In this document: positions 38,056 to 52,168 of the stretch, one piece after another | Numbering within the stretch: position 1 is the stretch's first letter | Layout: the number at the start of each line of letters is the position of its first letter | From: Albugo candida | Taxonomy: Eukaryota | Length of the DNA: 64,000 bases | Direction of reading: 5' to 3' | Assembly: GCA_040437565.1 (NCBI GenBank) | Contig: JBDOQK010000042.1 | Location: forward strand, 186,001-250,000 | The notes under the pieces: model-generated | Database searches by the model: none | Seen by the model: the letters and a program-made list of their open reading frames with translations, nothing else | What the model was told of the DNA's origin: nothing | Translations under genes and position numbers: made by a program

Positions 38056-41000
38056 ATGGCGGATCCATCCGAAAAGTATACAAGTCTCAATACCTCACGA
38101 TCTTCTGTTCGATCTCGCCGCACTCATTCATCCACTCAATTAAGAACGCCTTCTGAAGGTCAAAAAAATACACCTGATAACATCGCGTCATCTGTCACAG
38201 CCACTCCGGAATCGTATCGTTTTGTATCGTTACCTCACGCCTTACCGAATCAAGTCGCCGTCGATGAGGAGTTTTGCTCGAATGTGGTCATCACTTCCAA
38301 GTATACAACCCTCAATTTCTTACCAAAATTCGTATACCAGTCCTTCCGTAAGGTACGTTTTCATCCTCTCAACTCCTTTATAAGCGACGTAACATGTGGA
38401 ATGAAGTAGCTTGCCAACGCGTATTTCTTGTTTGTATCTATATTACAGACCATTCCGATGATCAGTAACACGGGTGGTGTTCCCTCCACGCTCCCCGTGT
38501 TGATCTTTATCCTCTCCGTGGACGCAATCCTCGCAATCGTTGAAGATCGAAGACGTCATCTCGCCGATTATGAAGCCAATTCCGCAATGTGTCAAATAGT
38601 GCGCTCAACGTATACTGACAATCCGAATAAACTTTTACAGGATGGTAAAACAACCGCACCTCCCAATACTTTTCATACCACCGATGATCCCGAAATAGTG
38701 CTTCTTCATTGGTCAGAATTAACTGTTGGAACTATTGTGAAATTACGAAATAGGGAAACCGCTCCAGCGGATCTTCTCATTTTATCGGTTGCAGAGCCCA
38801 TTCCAACCCAACCGAGTGGCATATGTTATGTGGAAACCAAATCGCTAGACGGTGAAACCAATCTGAAACTCCGTCATGCCGTAGAACCCACCATGTTTGC
38901 TCAATCAGCTTCTCAAGTTGGTACACTCGAAGGGTTCCTTCGTTGTGAACAACCGAATCGCGTCATCGGTCGTTTTGATGGTTTACTAACTATGTCATCC
39001 CTCCACTCCAGTACCGATCTTATCCAAGAACCCGTACTTATCAAAAACGTACTTTTACGTGGCTGTCAATTACGAAATACCGAGTGGATATACGGTTTAG
39101 TAATCAATACCGGTCCCGATACCAAAATTATGCAAAGTTCCGCTGCTGTACCAGTAAAATGGAGCAGTATCAATGAAAGTGTCAATCGTATGGTAACGTG
39201 GCTCCTTCTCCTCCTCCTCTTATGCTGTATGGTCGCCAGTACTCTCCAACTCATTTGGCTCGAAATGCATGGCTCGATCCTCGACGGGTATCTCAATTGG
39301 AGTCCTGAATTCATATCGCAATGGTTTATCGGTTTTGGGTACTACTTTTTACTTTTATACCAAATGATACCGGTATCCCTCTACGTCACGATTTCAGTCG
39401 TCATGTTCCTCCAAGCGATTTTCATGACAATGGATTTGGATATGTATTATGAGCCATTGAATACGAAAATGATTGTACGATCCATGGGTCTCAACGAGGA
39501 ATTGGGTCAGATTTCATATATTTTCAGCGATAAAACCGGTACGCTCACATGTAATGTGATGGAATTCCGGAAATGTTGCATCAATGGGACGTCGTATGGC
39601 ACAGGAACCACTGAGATTGGACGTGCGGCTTTACGACGTAAAGGAATTGCTGTCACAGAACCCGATACCGTCAAACCCGCAGAGAATCGACGTATGCCGC
39701 CATATGTGAATTTTGAAGACGCTCGACTTGTCTTACGACTGAATCGCTTGGAAACAGTTGCCAGTACACCCTCTTCTATTTGGGAAGGAAGCGTAGAAGC
39801 GGCATTTTTTCTTCATTTGAGTCTTTGTCATACCGTCATTCCAGAGATTATCGAAGGAAGCAATCAAGTGCGATTATCGGCATCATCGCCCGATGAACAA
39901 GCGCTTGTGAGTGGTGCGAAATTCTTTGGATATGTGTTTGAATCGCGCGGACTTGGAATTGCTCGTGTTCGTGTACGAAATCGTAATATGACAATGTCTT
40001 CGGAATCGGAAATATTGGAATTTCAAATTCTCGATATTTTGGAATTTACGAGCGATCGGAAACGAATGTCTGTGGTCGTAAAGTTTCCGAATGGCGAGTT
40101 ATGGCTACTCACAAAAGGCGCTGACAATATGATTTACCCGTTGTTATCGTCACAGAACGATCCTCAAATGCTCAAAGATACGCTGTCGCATTTGGAAGCG
40201 TATGCCGAAGACGGACTTCGAACATTAACAATTGCACGTAAACGTTTGGACACTGAAATGTATACGAAATGGAGTGAGAAGTATCGAATTGCAAATTCAA
40301 ATTTGGAAGAAATTCGCAAACGTAAAATTGGCGAAACAAATGAAATTGATGCGTTAATGCACGAAATCGAAAAGGAATTAATGCTTTTGGGTGCGACGGC
40401 GATCGAAGATAAGCTCCAACAACACGTTCCTCGCGCAATTGCGAATTTAATGCGTGCGGGAATCAAAGTGTGGATGCTCACTGGCGACAAGCAAGAAACT
40501 GCAATCAATATCTCATACGCGTGTCAATTAATGGACAATTCAATGAAACAATTTGTATTCAATTGCGAATTATTTCCAAATATCGAAGCGGTACAATTGG
40601 AATTGAATGAGATCTTATCGCATCCGCGTGGAAAAACACGTCAGGCTGTTGTCATTGACGGAGAGTGTTTGGAAATCACACTTTTGGATGCAACGTGTCG
40701 CATGCAATTTCTACAATTAGCGATGCAAAGTGACGCTGTTGTTTGTTGTCGCGTCTCGCCGAGTCAGAAAGCGGAAATGGTATCGTTAGTGCGTGAAGCG
40801 TGTCCTAAAGCCCGTACATTAGCGATCGGCGATGGTGCAAATGACGTCGCAATGATTCAACGAGCGCATGTCGGCGTTGGCATTTGTGGTCAGGAAGGCA
40901 TGCAAGCAGTCAATTCGAGCGACTACGCGATTGCGCAATTCTCATTTCTCGAGAAATTACTTTTGCATCACGGACGTCTCAATTACAAGCGCATGTCCGT

Positions 41001-42875
41001 TTTGGTTGGGTACATGTTTTACAAAAACATTTTAATGGTATTGGCGCAATTCTACTACACATTTTATTCGGGCGCATCGGGTCAGAAATTCTACAGCGAA
41101 TTTTACTTCCAATTGTATAACGCAATGTATACGACACTTCCCATTTTGGTGCTTGGTGTTTTCGATATGGACGTTCCATGGCGTATTTCTCGTCAATTTC
41201 CAGAATTGTATTTAGTTGGCCCGCGAATGGAATTATTTAATAATATCACATTTTTCAAATGGATGGCCGGTGCGATGTATGAAAGCGCAGTCATTTGCAG
41301 TATGAGTCTTTTTGTGTTTAATGATTTCCAAGGAGCGGTAGGGAATGCGGCAATGGTGCAATATGGACTGGTTACGTTCAGTATGGTGGTATTGGTAGTG
41401 AATTTGAAGCTTTGTTTCGTGCAAATGTCGTGGAGTATGCCGTGGTTGCTGTGCTGGTGCGCAGGAGTGTTTGCGTACCTNNNNNNNNNNNNNNNNNNNN
41501 NNNNNNNNNNNNNNNNNNNNNNNNNNNNNNNNNNNNNNNNNNNNNNNNNNNNNNNNNNNNNNNNNNNNNNNNNNNNNNNNAAAACATTTTAATGGTATTG
41601 GCGCAATTCTACTACACATTTTATTCGGGCGCATCGGGTCAGAAATTCTACAGCGAATTTTACTTCCAATTGTATAACGCAATGTATACGACACTTCCCA
41701 TTTTGGTGCTTGGTGTTTTCGATATGGACGTTCCATGGCGTATTTCTCGTCAATTTCCAGAATTGTATTTAGTTGGCCCGCGAATGGAATTATTTAATAA
41801 TATCACATTTTTCAAATGGATGGCCGGTGCGATGTATGAAAGCGCAGTCATTTGCAGTATGAGTCTTTTTGTGTTTAATGATTTCCAAGGAGCGGTAGGG
41901 AATGCGGCAATGGTGCAATATGGACTGGTTACGTTCAGTATGGTGGTATTGGTAGTGAATTTGAAGCTTTGTTTCGTGCAAATGTCGTGGAGTATGCCGT
42001 GGTTGCTGTGCTGGTGCGCAGGAGTGTTTGCGTACCTCCCAGTATCGACGTATATATCGAGTTTATGGCCGGCGTTTTTACCGAATGATTTTGGGATTTT
42101 TGAGAATACAATGGGGTACCCGATGTATTGGTTGGTGCTGGTGATTGGATGTTTGAGTTCTCTGCTTCGACATGGCGCGTGGTTGGCGTTCCAGAGGATG
42201 TGTCATCCATTTCCGTGGCAGGTTGTGCAGGAGGCATTTGTATTGGGTTTGAGAGGTGAAGAAGGTTGTGGAGGTGGAAGTGGTAGCACAGGTAGCGGGA
42301 ATGGAACTGGTAATTATGAAGAACGGAGTCGTGCGCCAAGTGCAGCGGTCGGGTTTGCAGCTGGTGTTGATTTAGAGGCAGGGATTCCTGTAGTTGGATG
42401 TGGCAATTTATCGTCGCAAGAAGATGGGATGTATTATAATGCGTCACCATTGGAACGATTGGAACGGTGTCGATCGATTCCCGGCGCGCCGAATGATGGA
42501 CTAAATGGGTCGAATGGGAATCCTTCGCAAAGAACGAGTACAGCGACAGCGGGAGAGAGCGCACGTACCACAAGCACTTCGTCAACGGTGCATCGTCGTT
42601 CATCGGCGAGGAAAGCATCGAATTCAAGTGGTTTCGCCTTTAGTTTTGATCCAATGACCAGTGCAGCGGAATCGTTCATGTCGTTGCATAGTGTGCATTC
42701 TGTGGCATCGGCGTTGAGTGATGCGGAGCAGAGAGTGTCGTGGGATGATGGACGATCATCGAATTATGAAGGGATGCAATCAGAAAGTGGAAGAATGTGT
42801 GCGGAAGAGCGTTTGGCTAAAGAGAAGAATCGAATGGATAAAGTCGACAAGAAACCGATCGGATGCTTTGTGTGA
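38056..42875 (+). CDS. P4-type ATPase phospholipid flippase (about 1401 aa after collapsing the gap duplication)
   Basis: Intron 38353-38409 gives QSFRK|LANAYFL. LDGETNLK, IPVSLYV, DKTGTLT, SPDEQAL, KGAD, GATAIEDKLQ, LTGDK and GDGANDV motifs. 41024-41480 is repeated at 41581-42037 around the gap (offset 557); collapsing it is in frame. Confidence 0.96.
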
Positions 42876-43177
42876 AATGCCGTTGTACGGGTTTATAGCT
42901 AGCGGAAGTACCGAACTGTGTCGGTTTGTATGGCTATTTCTGTTGATTTTTTGTACGATTTTTGGAATGCAGCATTTTGATTGCATTCGATTAGACTACT
43001 TTTGTAATTAATTCTTTGATTGGGTTGCTTCTACAACTGAGTGTGTCACGTTCTATGGTTTGTTAATATTCATCCCAATACAAAATTGAGGACAAAATAA
43101 TTAGAAATGAAAAAAAGCAATCATGCATTCTTTTACTTGGAAGTGGAACCGCGGTACCGATTCCTTGAATGTTCACT

Positions 43178-46100
43178 CTATGAATTCGTTGTTGACTCTT
43201 CTAAGATGTCACTTATCACTTGTGAACGATAACTTGTGCCCGTGAAAATTGGACTGCGATACTCCTTTGCTTTAAAAGTCAAATAGCTTGCGGAACTCGC
43301 ATACGTTGATGGCTGTGGTAGAAATCCCATTTCTACACTTTTGTATTTCACTGCAACATCGTCAATTTGTTTGCACATAATTTTAACGTGTGAATATTCG
43401 AAACGACTCGTGAGAATGTACGAGGAGACATACGATACAACGTACGAATTACTTACCGCTGCAATGCAATAAACCAGGTATTCTTGAAATGTTTTTCTGT
43501 CTTGCTCTCTTTCGTTACCAAATTGTAGCAACCATAAAGCGTCGTCAGATGTATGATCAGTAAGATGCTTGATTGCTTTTTGAAGGCTCGATGCTTCCTT
43601 TAGTTCAGATGGATGTACAAAGTAATGAGTGGAAGGTGACATTACACCTCCCGTTGATAGGGTCCGTCGCATCGTGTTTCCTCTTGGTTGTTGCTCATAT
43701 GGTGGTATATAATAATAATTAGAAGCTGGCATTCCATTGTGCTGAGAATAGGGCCATTGTATCACGTTTCCTGCCGGTTGTTGCCAATATGGATGCGTAT
43801 AGTGATGAGTGGAAGCTGGCATCACACTTTGCTGAGAAGAGGTCCTTTGCGCCGTATTTGCTCTATTTGAGTCCGGAGCTTGAATGCCGAAAAAGCGCAT
43901 CTCTGTTTCTCCCTCTTTCATTCGCATTTTCGTCAAATAGGCACACATCGGATCGGATAGACCGGACACCCATTTGCACTTTGAAGAACACTCCATTCCT
44001 AGTTCTTGCACGTGCACTGGTTCTTCGAAAAACACAAGACTGTTCATCAGTGAAGTCGGTTGGAATGATTTTACCAACTTTCTCCATTTGGACTCGCTGC
44101 CTAGTTGATCCAACACACAGCTTACGCACCTCGGAAACGCAAAAGTTATATCTTGTAGGTTTTTCATGTCAGTAGGGTACGTATATGACTCGTGATCTGA
44201 CAACTGTGCTGCCACCAAGTGCACGCATCGATAGGGTGTTGTCCGTTTCGGTTCCAATTGGGCGCCGTAATCCCGGTCGGGAGATAAAACTTGGAATTCG
44301 GACAAACTTTTTATCATAAGTTCTTTCCAAATAACAGAATGATCGCAGGGGCCATTTGGTGCCACGCACTTGTCCACGAAGTTGTTGTAATCAGGGCCCA
44401 AAGAAGTCAAGCATTTAAAGGAGTTCTCTCCTTCGTCGTGCTCTATTGGGAGCATGATTGTCCTCGAAGCACATCTTAAGCATTTTGTCTCTTTCTTTTC
44501 CTCGTAAGTCACACTCAATATTTGATAGTTCACTTTGTTCATTCCTGGTGCGACTTGCGCCGAAAAACGTACTGATAGTGCAGTGTACAATTGCGCCACA
44601 CGACAAGCATGCTCAGGTCCTTTTTGGATCATACCGCAGATACTGCGGCAATTCAGAACTTGATCTATTTTGGCGGTGGAACGCAACACCCATCGATATA
44701 CTGGCGCCGCTTCTTCTTTGATCAGAAACCTTTCATCCCCTTCACCAAATTCCAAGCACTCAAGGCAAGGTGCAATCCACATTTCTGGAAGACCCCGTTG
44801 CAAGAGTAAGCACGTTGTTTCCCTTATTTGATGAGCATGATTGAGAGAAAAGGCACGTCCGNNNNNNNNNNNNNNNNNNNNNNNNNNNNNNNNNNNNNNN
44901 NNNNNNNNNNNNNNNNNNNNNNNNNNNNNNNNNNNNNNNNNNNNNNNNNNNNNNNNNNNNNATTTCTACACTTTTGTATTTCACTGCAACATCGTCAATT
45001 TGTTTGCACATAATTTTAACGTGTGAATATTCGAAACGACTCGTGAGAATGTACGAGGAGACATACGATACAACGTACGAATTACTTACCGCTGCAATGC
45101 AATAAACCAGGTATTCTTGAAATGTTTTTCTGTCTTGCTCTCTTTCGTTACCAAATTGTAGCAACCATAAAGCGTCGTCAGATGTATGATCAGTAAGATG
45201 CTTGATTGCTTTTTGAAGGCTCGATGCTTCCTTTAGTTCAGATGGATGTACAAAGTAATGAGTGGAAGGTGACATTACACCTCCCGTTGATAGGGTCCGT
45301 CGCATCGTGTTTCCTCTTGGTTGTTGCTCATATGGTGGTATATAATAATAATTAGAAGCTGGCATTCCATTGTGCTGAGAATAGGGCCATTGTATCACGT
45401 TTCCTGCCGGTTGTTGCCAATATGGATGCGTATAGTGATGAGTGGAAGCTGGCATCACACTTTGCTGAGAAGAGGTCCTTTGCGCCGTATTTGCTCTATT
45501 TGAGTCCGGAGCTTGAATGCCGAAAAAGCGCATCTCTGTTTCTCCCTCTTTCATTCGCATTTTCGTCAAATAGGCACACATCGGATCGGATAGACCGGAC
45601 ACCCATTTGCACTTTGAAGAACACTCCATTCCTAGTTCTTGCACGTGCACTGGTTCTTCGAAAAACACAAGACTGTTCATCAGTGAAGTCGGTTGGAATG
45701 ATTTTACCAACTTTCTCCATTTGGACTCGCTGCCTAGTTGATCCAACACACAGCTTACGCACCTCGGAAACGCAAAAGTTATATCTTGTAGGTTTTTCAT
45801 GTCAGTAGGGTACGTATATGACTCGTGATCTGACAACTGTGCTGCCACCAAGTGCACGCATCGATAGGGTGTTGTCCGTTTCGGTTCCAATTGGGCGCCG
45901 TAATCCCGGTCGGGAGATAAAACTTGGAATTCGGACAAACTTTTTATCATAAGTTCTTTCCAAATAACAGAATGATCGCAGGGGCCATTTGGTGCCACGC
46001 ACTTGTCCACGAAGTTGTTGTAATCAGGGCCCAAAGAAGTCAAGCATTTAAAGGAGTTCTCTCCTTCGTCGTGCTCTATTGGGAGCATGATTGTCCTCGA

Positions 46101-47201
46101 AGCACATCTTAAGCATTTTGTCTCTTTCTTTTCCTCGTAAGTCACACTCAATATTTGATAGTTCACTTTGTTCATTCCTGGTGCGACTTGCGCCGAAAAA
46201 CGTACTGATAGTGCAGTGTACAATTGCGCCACACGACAAGCATGCTCAGGTCCTTTTTGGATCATACCGCAGATACTGCGGCAATTCAGAACTTGATCTA
46301 TTTTGGCGGTGGAACGCAACACCCATCGATATACTGGCGCCGCTTCTTCTTTGATCAGAAACCTTTCATCCCCTTCACCAAATTCCAAGCACTCAAGGCA
46401 AGGTGCAATCCACATTTCTGGAAGACCCCGTTGCAAGAGTAAGCACGTTGTTTCCCTTATTTGATGAGCATGATTGAGAGAAAAGGCACGTCCGTTTGAG
46501 AAATGACGTTTGTCAAAGCTTCTTCTTCTTTTCAAAAGAGCACTTGAATATTCACTTCTGCCGCCGACGCCTTGTTGCACAAAATCACTTTGTCTTTCAT
46601 TTAGATTCAAACCGGAGAGTAAATCTTCATTTGTTGCATCTTCATTCTGAAGGTACTGCATTTTTCCTTTTGAAATAGCGCCAGAGAGACGGGCTTGCTC
46701 AGGCGCTGCCATGGCTTCTTTTTGACGATTTTTATTCACGATATTCATCATATCGTCATAAAAACCATAATTGCTCGATCTGTCACTTTGATCACTACCG
46801 CCGGCACCATACTCAGCCTTTGCAAATCGACTTTTCTTCGGTGCGAGTTTCCACTCTTCATTCGAACTTTTTCTTCCCTCAACTTGTTCGGGTCTGCGTG
46901 CCAGCATACTGTGCTCCATCATATTTGCACAATATCGCTCATTAGAACCGCAGGCTTTATAAACCACCGCGTACGGAATATCATCAGGGATCTCTGCCAC
47001 CATACACAGTTGTGTCCCTCGATCACCATATGTTGCTAGCGTGTACGAGAGATTTGCATATCGGATAAAACTTTGAATGCACATGTGGCAGACATGATGT
47101 CTATAAACATTATATAGCATTTCCATTCGGATCTCATACGCGTAGATTTGCGGCCTTGAACAAAACAAGGCAAAGATTTGAAGGGCCAAGTTGATCTTCA
47201 T
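43178..47201 (-). CDS. Secreted CHxC/CCG-class effector candidate with multiple Cys modules (about 796 aa after collapsing the gap duplication)
   Basis: ATG at 47201 gives signal-peptide-like MKINLALQIFALFCSRPQIYA. CHMC at 47090-47079; exact CxxCxxxxxG at 46400-46371 (CLECLEFGEG) and 45761-45732 (CVSCVLDQLG). Removing 1633 bp of gap plus duplicate leaves 2391 bp in frame. Confidence 0.8.
43329..46494. repeat. Gap-flanking duplication: 43329-44861 repeated at 44962-46494 (probable artefact)
   Basis: 1533 bp at offset 1633; overlapping ORF translations are identical. Confidence 0.9.
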
Positions 47202-47215
47202 TCTTTCACTTTGAC

Positions 47216-50200
47216 GTGAATAGATTTGTGGTTCTCCAAGCACGTTGCTGTCAACACACACGTACGTGTATATGAATTCGGTATACGCTTTCAGGAAGAA
47301 CTCTGTCCGTCAGATCCATGCTGGTATACATACACGATGATCAAGACATGCTGTCCAGCTCATTTTATACAAAAATGGACAACTATATACATCATTTTAT
47401 AGTGGCCAATCAATGCGTGACACGATCGTAATACTGACCAATAATTTACAATCATCCGTCGAGCTGTGATACGCTACTTTGCAGCGTCTATCTCCGTTAA
47501 GTTTCTGCGTGATTGCTGATCTATTGCCCTGTTGACAAATACTGAAAGACGGTATTGACACCGGTATGGTCTGATGCTATATACATAGCCAAATCACAAG
47601 CTTATCACAACTTACAGAACTCTCCGTCCGAATATGTTGCTGCGTAGGAGTCACGGTCAATACTTGAGAATTTTGTGACAAGAGAGGAGAAATGATATCT
47701 TGTATCATAATTGCGATACTCTGAGTATGGCTCGTTTGACTCAGCTGCTTCTATTGATGCGTGGATAACGATGTAATGCTTCTGTAGCAAGAATCTCTAC
47801 CGCCGTCATTGCTTGTCGAGACTAGATTGATCCTTGCAGAACCTTTCAAATGAAAATCACATTCGCTGCAAGTAATAAGCACTTTCCATTTTTTAGAGCA
47901 CAAAAAACTTGACTTTGTTTTGCTACCCATCTTCGGGCAACATCATTGCCTTAGGTTACTCATTTCTATGAGACAGAAGCATCAAGTTGGATGTATCTGA
48001 AAAAGTTGGGTGATTACTACGCACAGATACTAGCTTTTTTGTTTGCGTCTTGATTACAATAGAGATATACACACTGGAGAGTATCTCAAATCATGTGCGC
48101 ACAAACGGACTTGAATCAGCTGTGCTAAAAGGCTGTTCAGATGGAGTTAGTCGCAGCATTCTCGTATACCGGCACTTGAGCAAATAATGCTCGACATGAG
48201 CATTTGCTAAAAAGCTGATATTCCAACTGAAGAATATCTTGTCAGATATGATTTTTCACCGTTGCAGCCTGTCACTCCGGATCATAAAAGCAAAATTTAT
48301 ACTTTCTCTACGTTCCGTACATATATGTGCAACTGAAAGCCAGGATAAATCCGATTTTAGATTGCCATGCGCTCATACACACATATTAGGAGACTCAATA
48401 TAGATCATTGATGTGTGTTATGTGCATCTTACAACTAACGTATCTAAGGTAACTAGCGATAAAGATCGTAACACACGCACTTTGCATTTTTTCGAATATC
48501 AGGTCAAAGCAGATCCCGAGCAAGAGTAGAAGGGAATCTGCTAGTAGCAAGCACAGAGGATATCAATTATGTGATTGAGTGTACTTGAAGTATTGATTTC
48601 TGGCTAAAAATGACCTTGGTCGCCAAGACAAGACTCAATTTAGTGAATGCATTTCTACTTCAACGAGTAGAATGCGGTAATAGGTGAGAGTTTAGGGTGA
48701 GAAATGGAACGGTGTCGGTATCTTTAGTGATATTATGTAATTGGTAACATCGATAAGCAATTTCGATTTGACTGACGGTAGACAGCGGATCAGCATGTTA
48801 GCGATGAAGTGCCTTATGCTCCATTATGTTTAATTATGTTTAGTGACATTTCTCCGATCCTCACATTTTACCGACCAGCGGGAACAATTGCATGATTGTT
48901 TTCACAGACTCATAGTTGTAAGGAGCTTTTAACATTACTTTATAGTGAGAGTGTATCACTTGAAGCTTATGATATGCCAAACCGTACTTTCCGCCCAACA
49001 TTCGTTCTAAGCCACAAAAATAAAAAGAGTGTTTTGCGCAAAGTTTTCATATCATTAGCATCAACAAGTTGGACTAAGGGTGCAGTTTATCGTCGAACGA
49101 GACAATGCTTCAGCTCATGCTCGCATTGAAAGCTCCTTTTTCTAGTGAGTGTGCAACTTACCAAATGTACAGTGCATATTCCTCGGACGATCTGTGATCG
49201 GGTGCTTGGATGTACCAATATATCCTATCCAGGTCGCAGAAGGATGGGATGCGTTATATTGCATCATCATTGAAAATATTGGAACGAGATNNNNNNNNNN
49301 NNNNNNNNNNNNNNNNNNNNNNNNNNNNNNNNNNNNNNNNNNNNNNNNNNNNNNNNNNNNNNNNNNNNNNNNNNNNNNNNNNNNNNNNNNGTGAATAGAT
49401 TTGTGGTTCTCCAAGCACGTTGCTGTCAACACACACGTACGTGTATATGAATTCGGTATACGCTTTCAGGAAGAACTCTGTCCGTCAGATCCATGCTGGT
49501 ATACATACACGATGATCAAGACATGCTGTCCAGCTCATTTTATACAAAAATGGACAACTATATACATCATTTTATAGTGGCCAATCAATGCGTGACACGA
49601 TCGTAATACTGACCAATAATTTACAATCATCCGTCGAGCTGTGATACGCTACTTTGCAGCGTCTATCTCCGTTAAGTTTCTGCGTGATTGCTGATCTATT
49701 GCCCTGTTGACAAATACTGAAAGACGGTATTGACACCGGTATGGTCTGATGCTATATACATAGCCAAATCACAAGCTTATCACAACTTACAGAACTCTCC
49801 GTCCGAATATGTTGCTGCGTAGGAGTCACGGTCAATACTTGAGAATTTTGTGACAAGAGAGGAGAAATGATATCTTGTATCATAATTGCGATACTCTGAG
49901 TATGGCTCGTTTGACTCAGCTGCTTCTATTGATGCGTGGATAACGATGTAATGCTTCTGTAGCAAGAATCTCTACCGCCGTCATTGCTTGTCGAGACTAG
50001 ATTGATCCTTGCAGAACCTTTCAAATGAAAATCACATTCGCTGCAAGTAATAAGCACTTTCCATTTTTTAGAGCACAAAAAACTTGACTTTGTTTTGCTA
50101 CCCATCTTCGGGCAACATCATTGCCTTAGGTTACTCATTTCTATGAGACAGAAGCATCAAGTTGGATGTATCTGAAAAAGTTGGGTGATTACTACGCACA

Positions 50201-51465
50201 GATACTAGCTTTTTTGTTTGCGTCTTGATTACAATAGAGATATACACACTGGAGAGTATCTCAAATCATGTGCGCACAAACGGACTTGAATCAGCTGTGC
50301 TAAAAGGCTGTTCAGATGGAGTTAGTCGCAGCATTCTCGTATACCGGCACTTGAGCAAATAATGCTCGACATGAGCATTTGCTAAAAAGCTGATATTCCA
50401 ACTGAAGAATATCTTGTCAGATATGATTTTTCACCGTTGCAGCCTGTCACTCCGGATCATAAAAGCAAAATTTATACTTTCTCTACGTTCCGTACATATA
50501 TGTGCAACTGAAAGCCAGGATAAATCCGATTTTAGATTGCCATGCGCTCATACACACATATTAGGAGACTCAATATAGATCATTGATGTGTGTTATGTGC
50601 ATCTTACAACTAACGTATCTAAGGTAACTAGCGATAAAGATCGTAACACACGCACTTTGCATTTTTTCGAATATCAGGTCAAAGCAGATCCCGAGCAAGA
50701 GTAGAAGGGAATCTGCTAGTAGCAAGCACAGAGGATATCAATTATGTGATTGAGTGTACTTGAAGTATTGATTTCTGGCTAAAAATGACCTTGGTCGCCA
50801 AGACAAGACTCAATTTAGTGAATGCATTTCTACTTCAACGAGTAGAATGCGGTAATAGGTGAGAGTTTAGGGTGAGAAATGGAACGGTGTCGGTATCTTT
50901 AGTGATATTATGTAATTGGTAACATCGATAAGCAATTTCGATTTGACTGACGGTAGACAGCGGATCAGCATGTTAGCGATGAAGTGCCTTATGCTCCATT
51001 ATGTTTAATTATGTTTAGTGACATTTCTCCGATCCTCACATTTTACCGACCAGCGGGAACAATTGCATGATTGTTTTCACAGACTCATAGTTGTAAGGAG
51101 CTTTTAACATTACTTTATAGTGAGAGTGTATCACTTGAAGCTTATGATATGCCAAACCGTACTTTCCGCCCAACATTCGTTCTAAGCCACAAAAATAAAA
51201 AGAGTGTTTTGCGCAAAGTTTTCATATCATTAGCATCAACAAGTTGGACTAAGGGTGCAGTTTATCGTCGAACGAGACAATGCTTCAGCTCATGCTCGCA
51301 TTGAAAGCTCCTTTTTCTAGTGAGTGTGCAACTTACCAAATGTACAGTGCATATTCCTCGGACGATCTGTGATCGGGTGCTTGGATGTACCAATATATCC
51401 TATCCAGGTCGCAGAAGGATGGGATGCGTTATATTGCATCATCATTGAAAATATTGGAACGAGAT
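47216..51465. repeat. Gap-flanking duplication: 47216-49290 repeated at 49391-51465 (probable artefact)
   Basis: 2075 bp at offset 2175; identical ORF translations. Confidence 0.9.
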
Positions 51466-51930
51466 TGATCGATACCCGAACGATACGGGGACAGTGAGGG
51501 AGAGTGCACGGAGCACAAGCACTTCGTCGACGGTGCACCGTCGTACATCGTCGAGGAATGCATCGAATTCAAGTGGTTTCTCCTTCAATGTAAATCTTAT
51601 GACCAGTGCTGCTAAAGCGTTCATGTCGTTGCATAGTGTGCATTTTGTGGCGTCGGCGTTGAGTGATGCGGAGCAGAGTCTCGTGGAATGATAAACGATC
51701 GTCGAACTATAAAGGGATGCAATCTGAGAGCGGAACAATCGAATGGATAAATTCGACAAAGAACGGATCGGACACTTTGTGTTGTAATTGTACTATTACG
51801 AAAGGACCGGATAGGGTCGGTTGGAGGCATGTCAGAGCCAGCGTGAAGATGTGTATTTGCTGTTTCTGTTGTTGATCAATTTTACAATGTGGAATGCAGC
51901 GTTTTGGTTCGAATCAGTTGCAGCATTTTT
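51375..51930 (+). pseudogene. Diverged duplicate of the P4-ATPase 3' end and 3' flank (about 42385-42990)
   Basis: RESARSTSTSSTVHRRTSSRNASNSSGFSF..MTSAAKAFMSLHSVH matches GESARTTSTSSTVHRRSSARKASNSSGFAF..MTSAAESFMSLHSVH; substitutions, deletions and frameshifts are present. Confidence 0.92.
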
Positions 51931-52168
51931 GTATATGTTATAGATAAGGTCTCGCATTATGCTCTCACACTTACGCAATCTCACACGAGCGCACAGTCCA
52001 CATTGGTTCTATCTGATGGTTTTCCAAACTTCTCAAGCCTCGTAGAAGCATTGACAATATTATTGGGGTCACTTGAATGCGAGGTTATACTTGAACCTCT
52101 ATCACAATCAATCGAATGCGCCAAAGAGAAAGTTTTTTTGATTATCAATGAGAATAAAAACCAGTTGT

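Noticed and set aside
39364-39387. PVSL instead of the canonical PISL in flippase TM4
   Set aside because: Conservative change; no basis for claiming altered specificity without comparative data.
41935-42627. 230-aa antisense ORF, and similar short overlapping ORFs elsewhere
   Set aside because: Shadow frames of real genes with no recognisable motifs.
20787-42875. Possible functional cluster of lipid and membrane genes (MATE, PIG-A, ABHD, permease, flippase)
   Set aside because: Unrelated housekeeping pathways with mixed orientation; no shared regulatory signal seen.
43178-44803. Apparent separate 541-aa tandem gene
   Set aside because: It is the 3' part of the gene starting at 47201, doubled by the assembly overlap.
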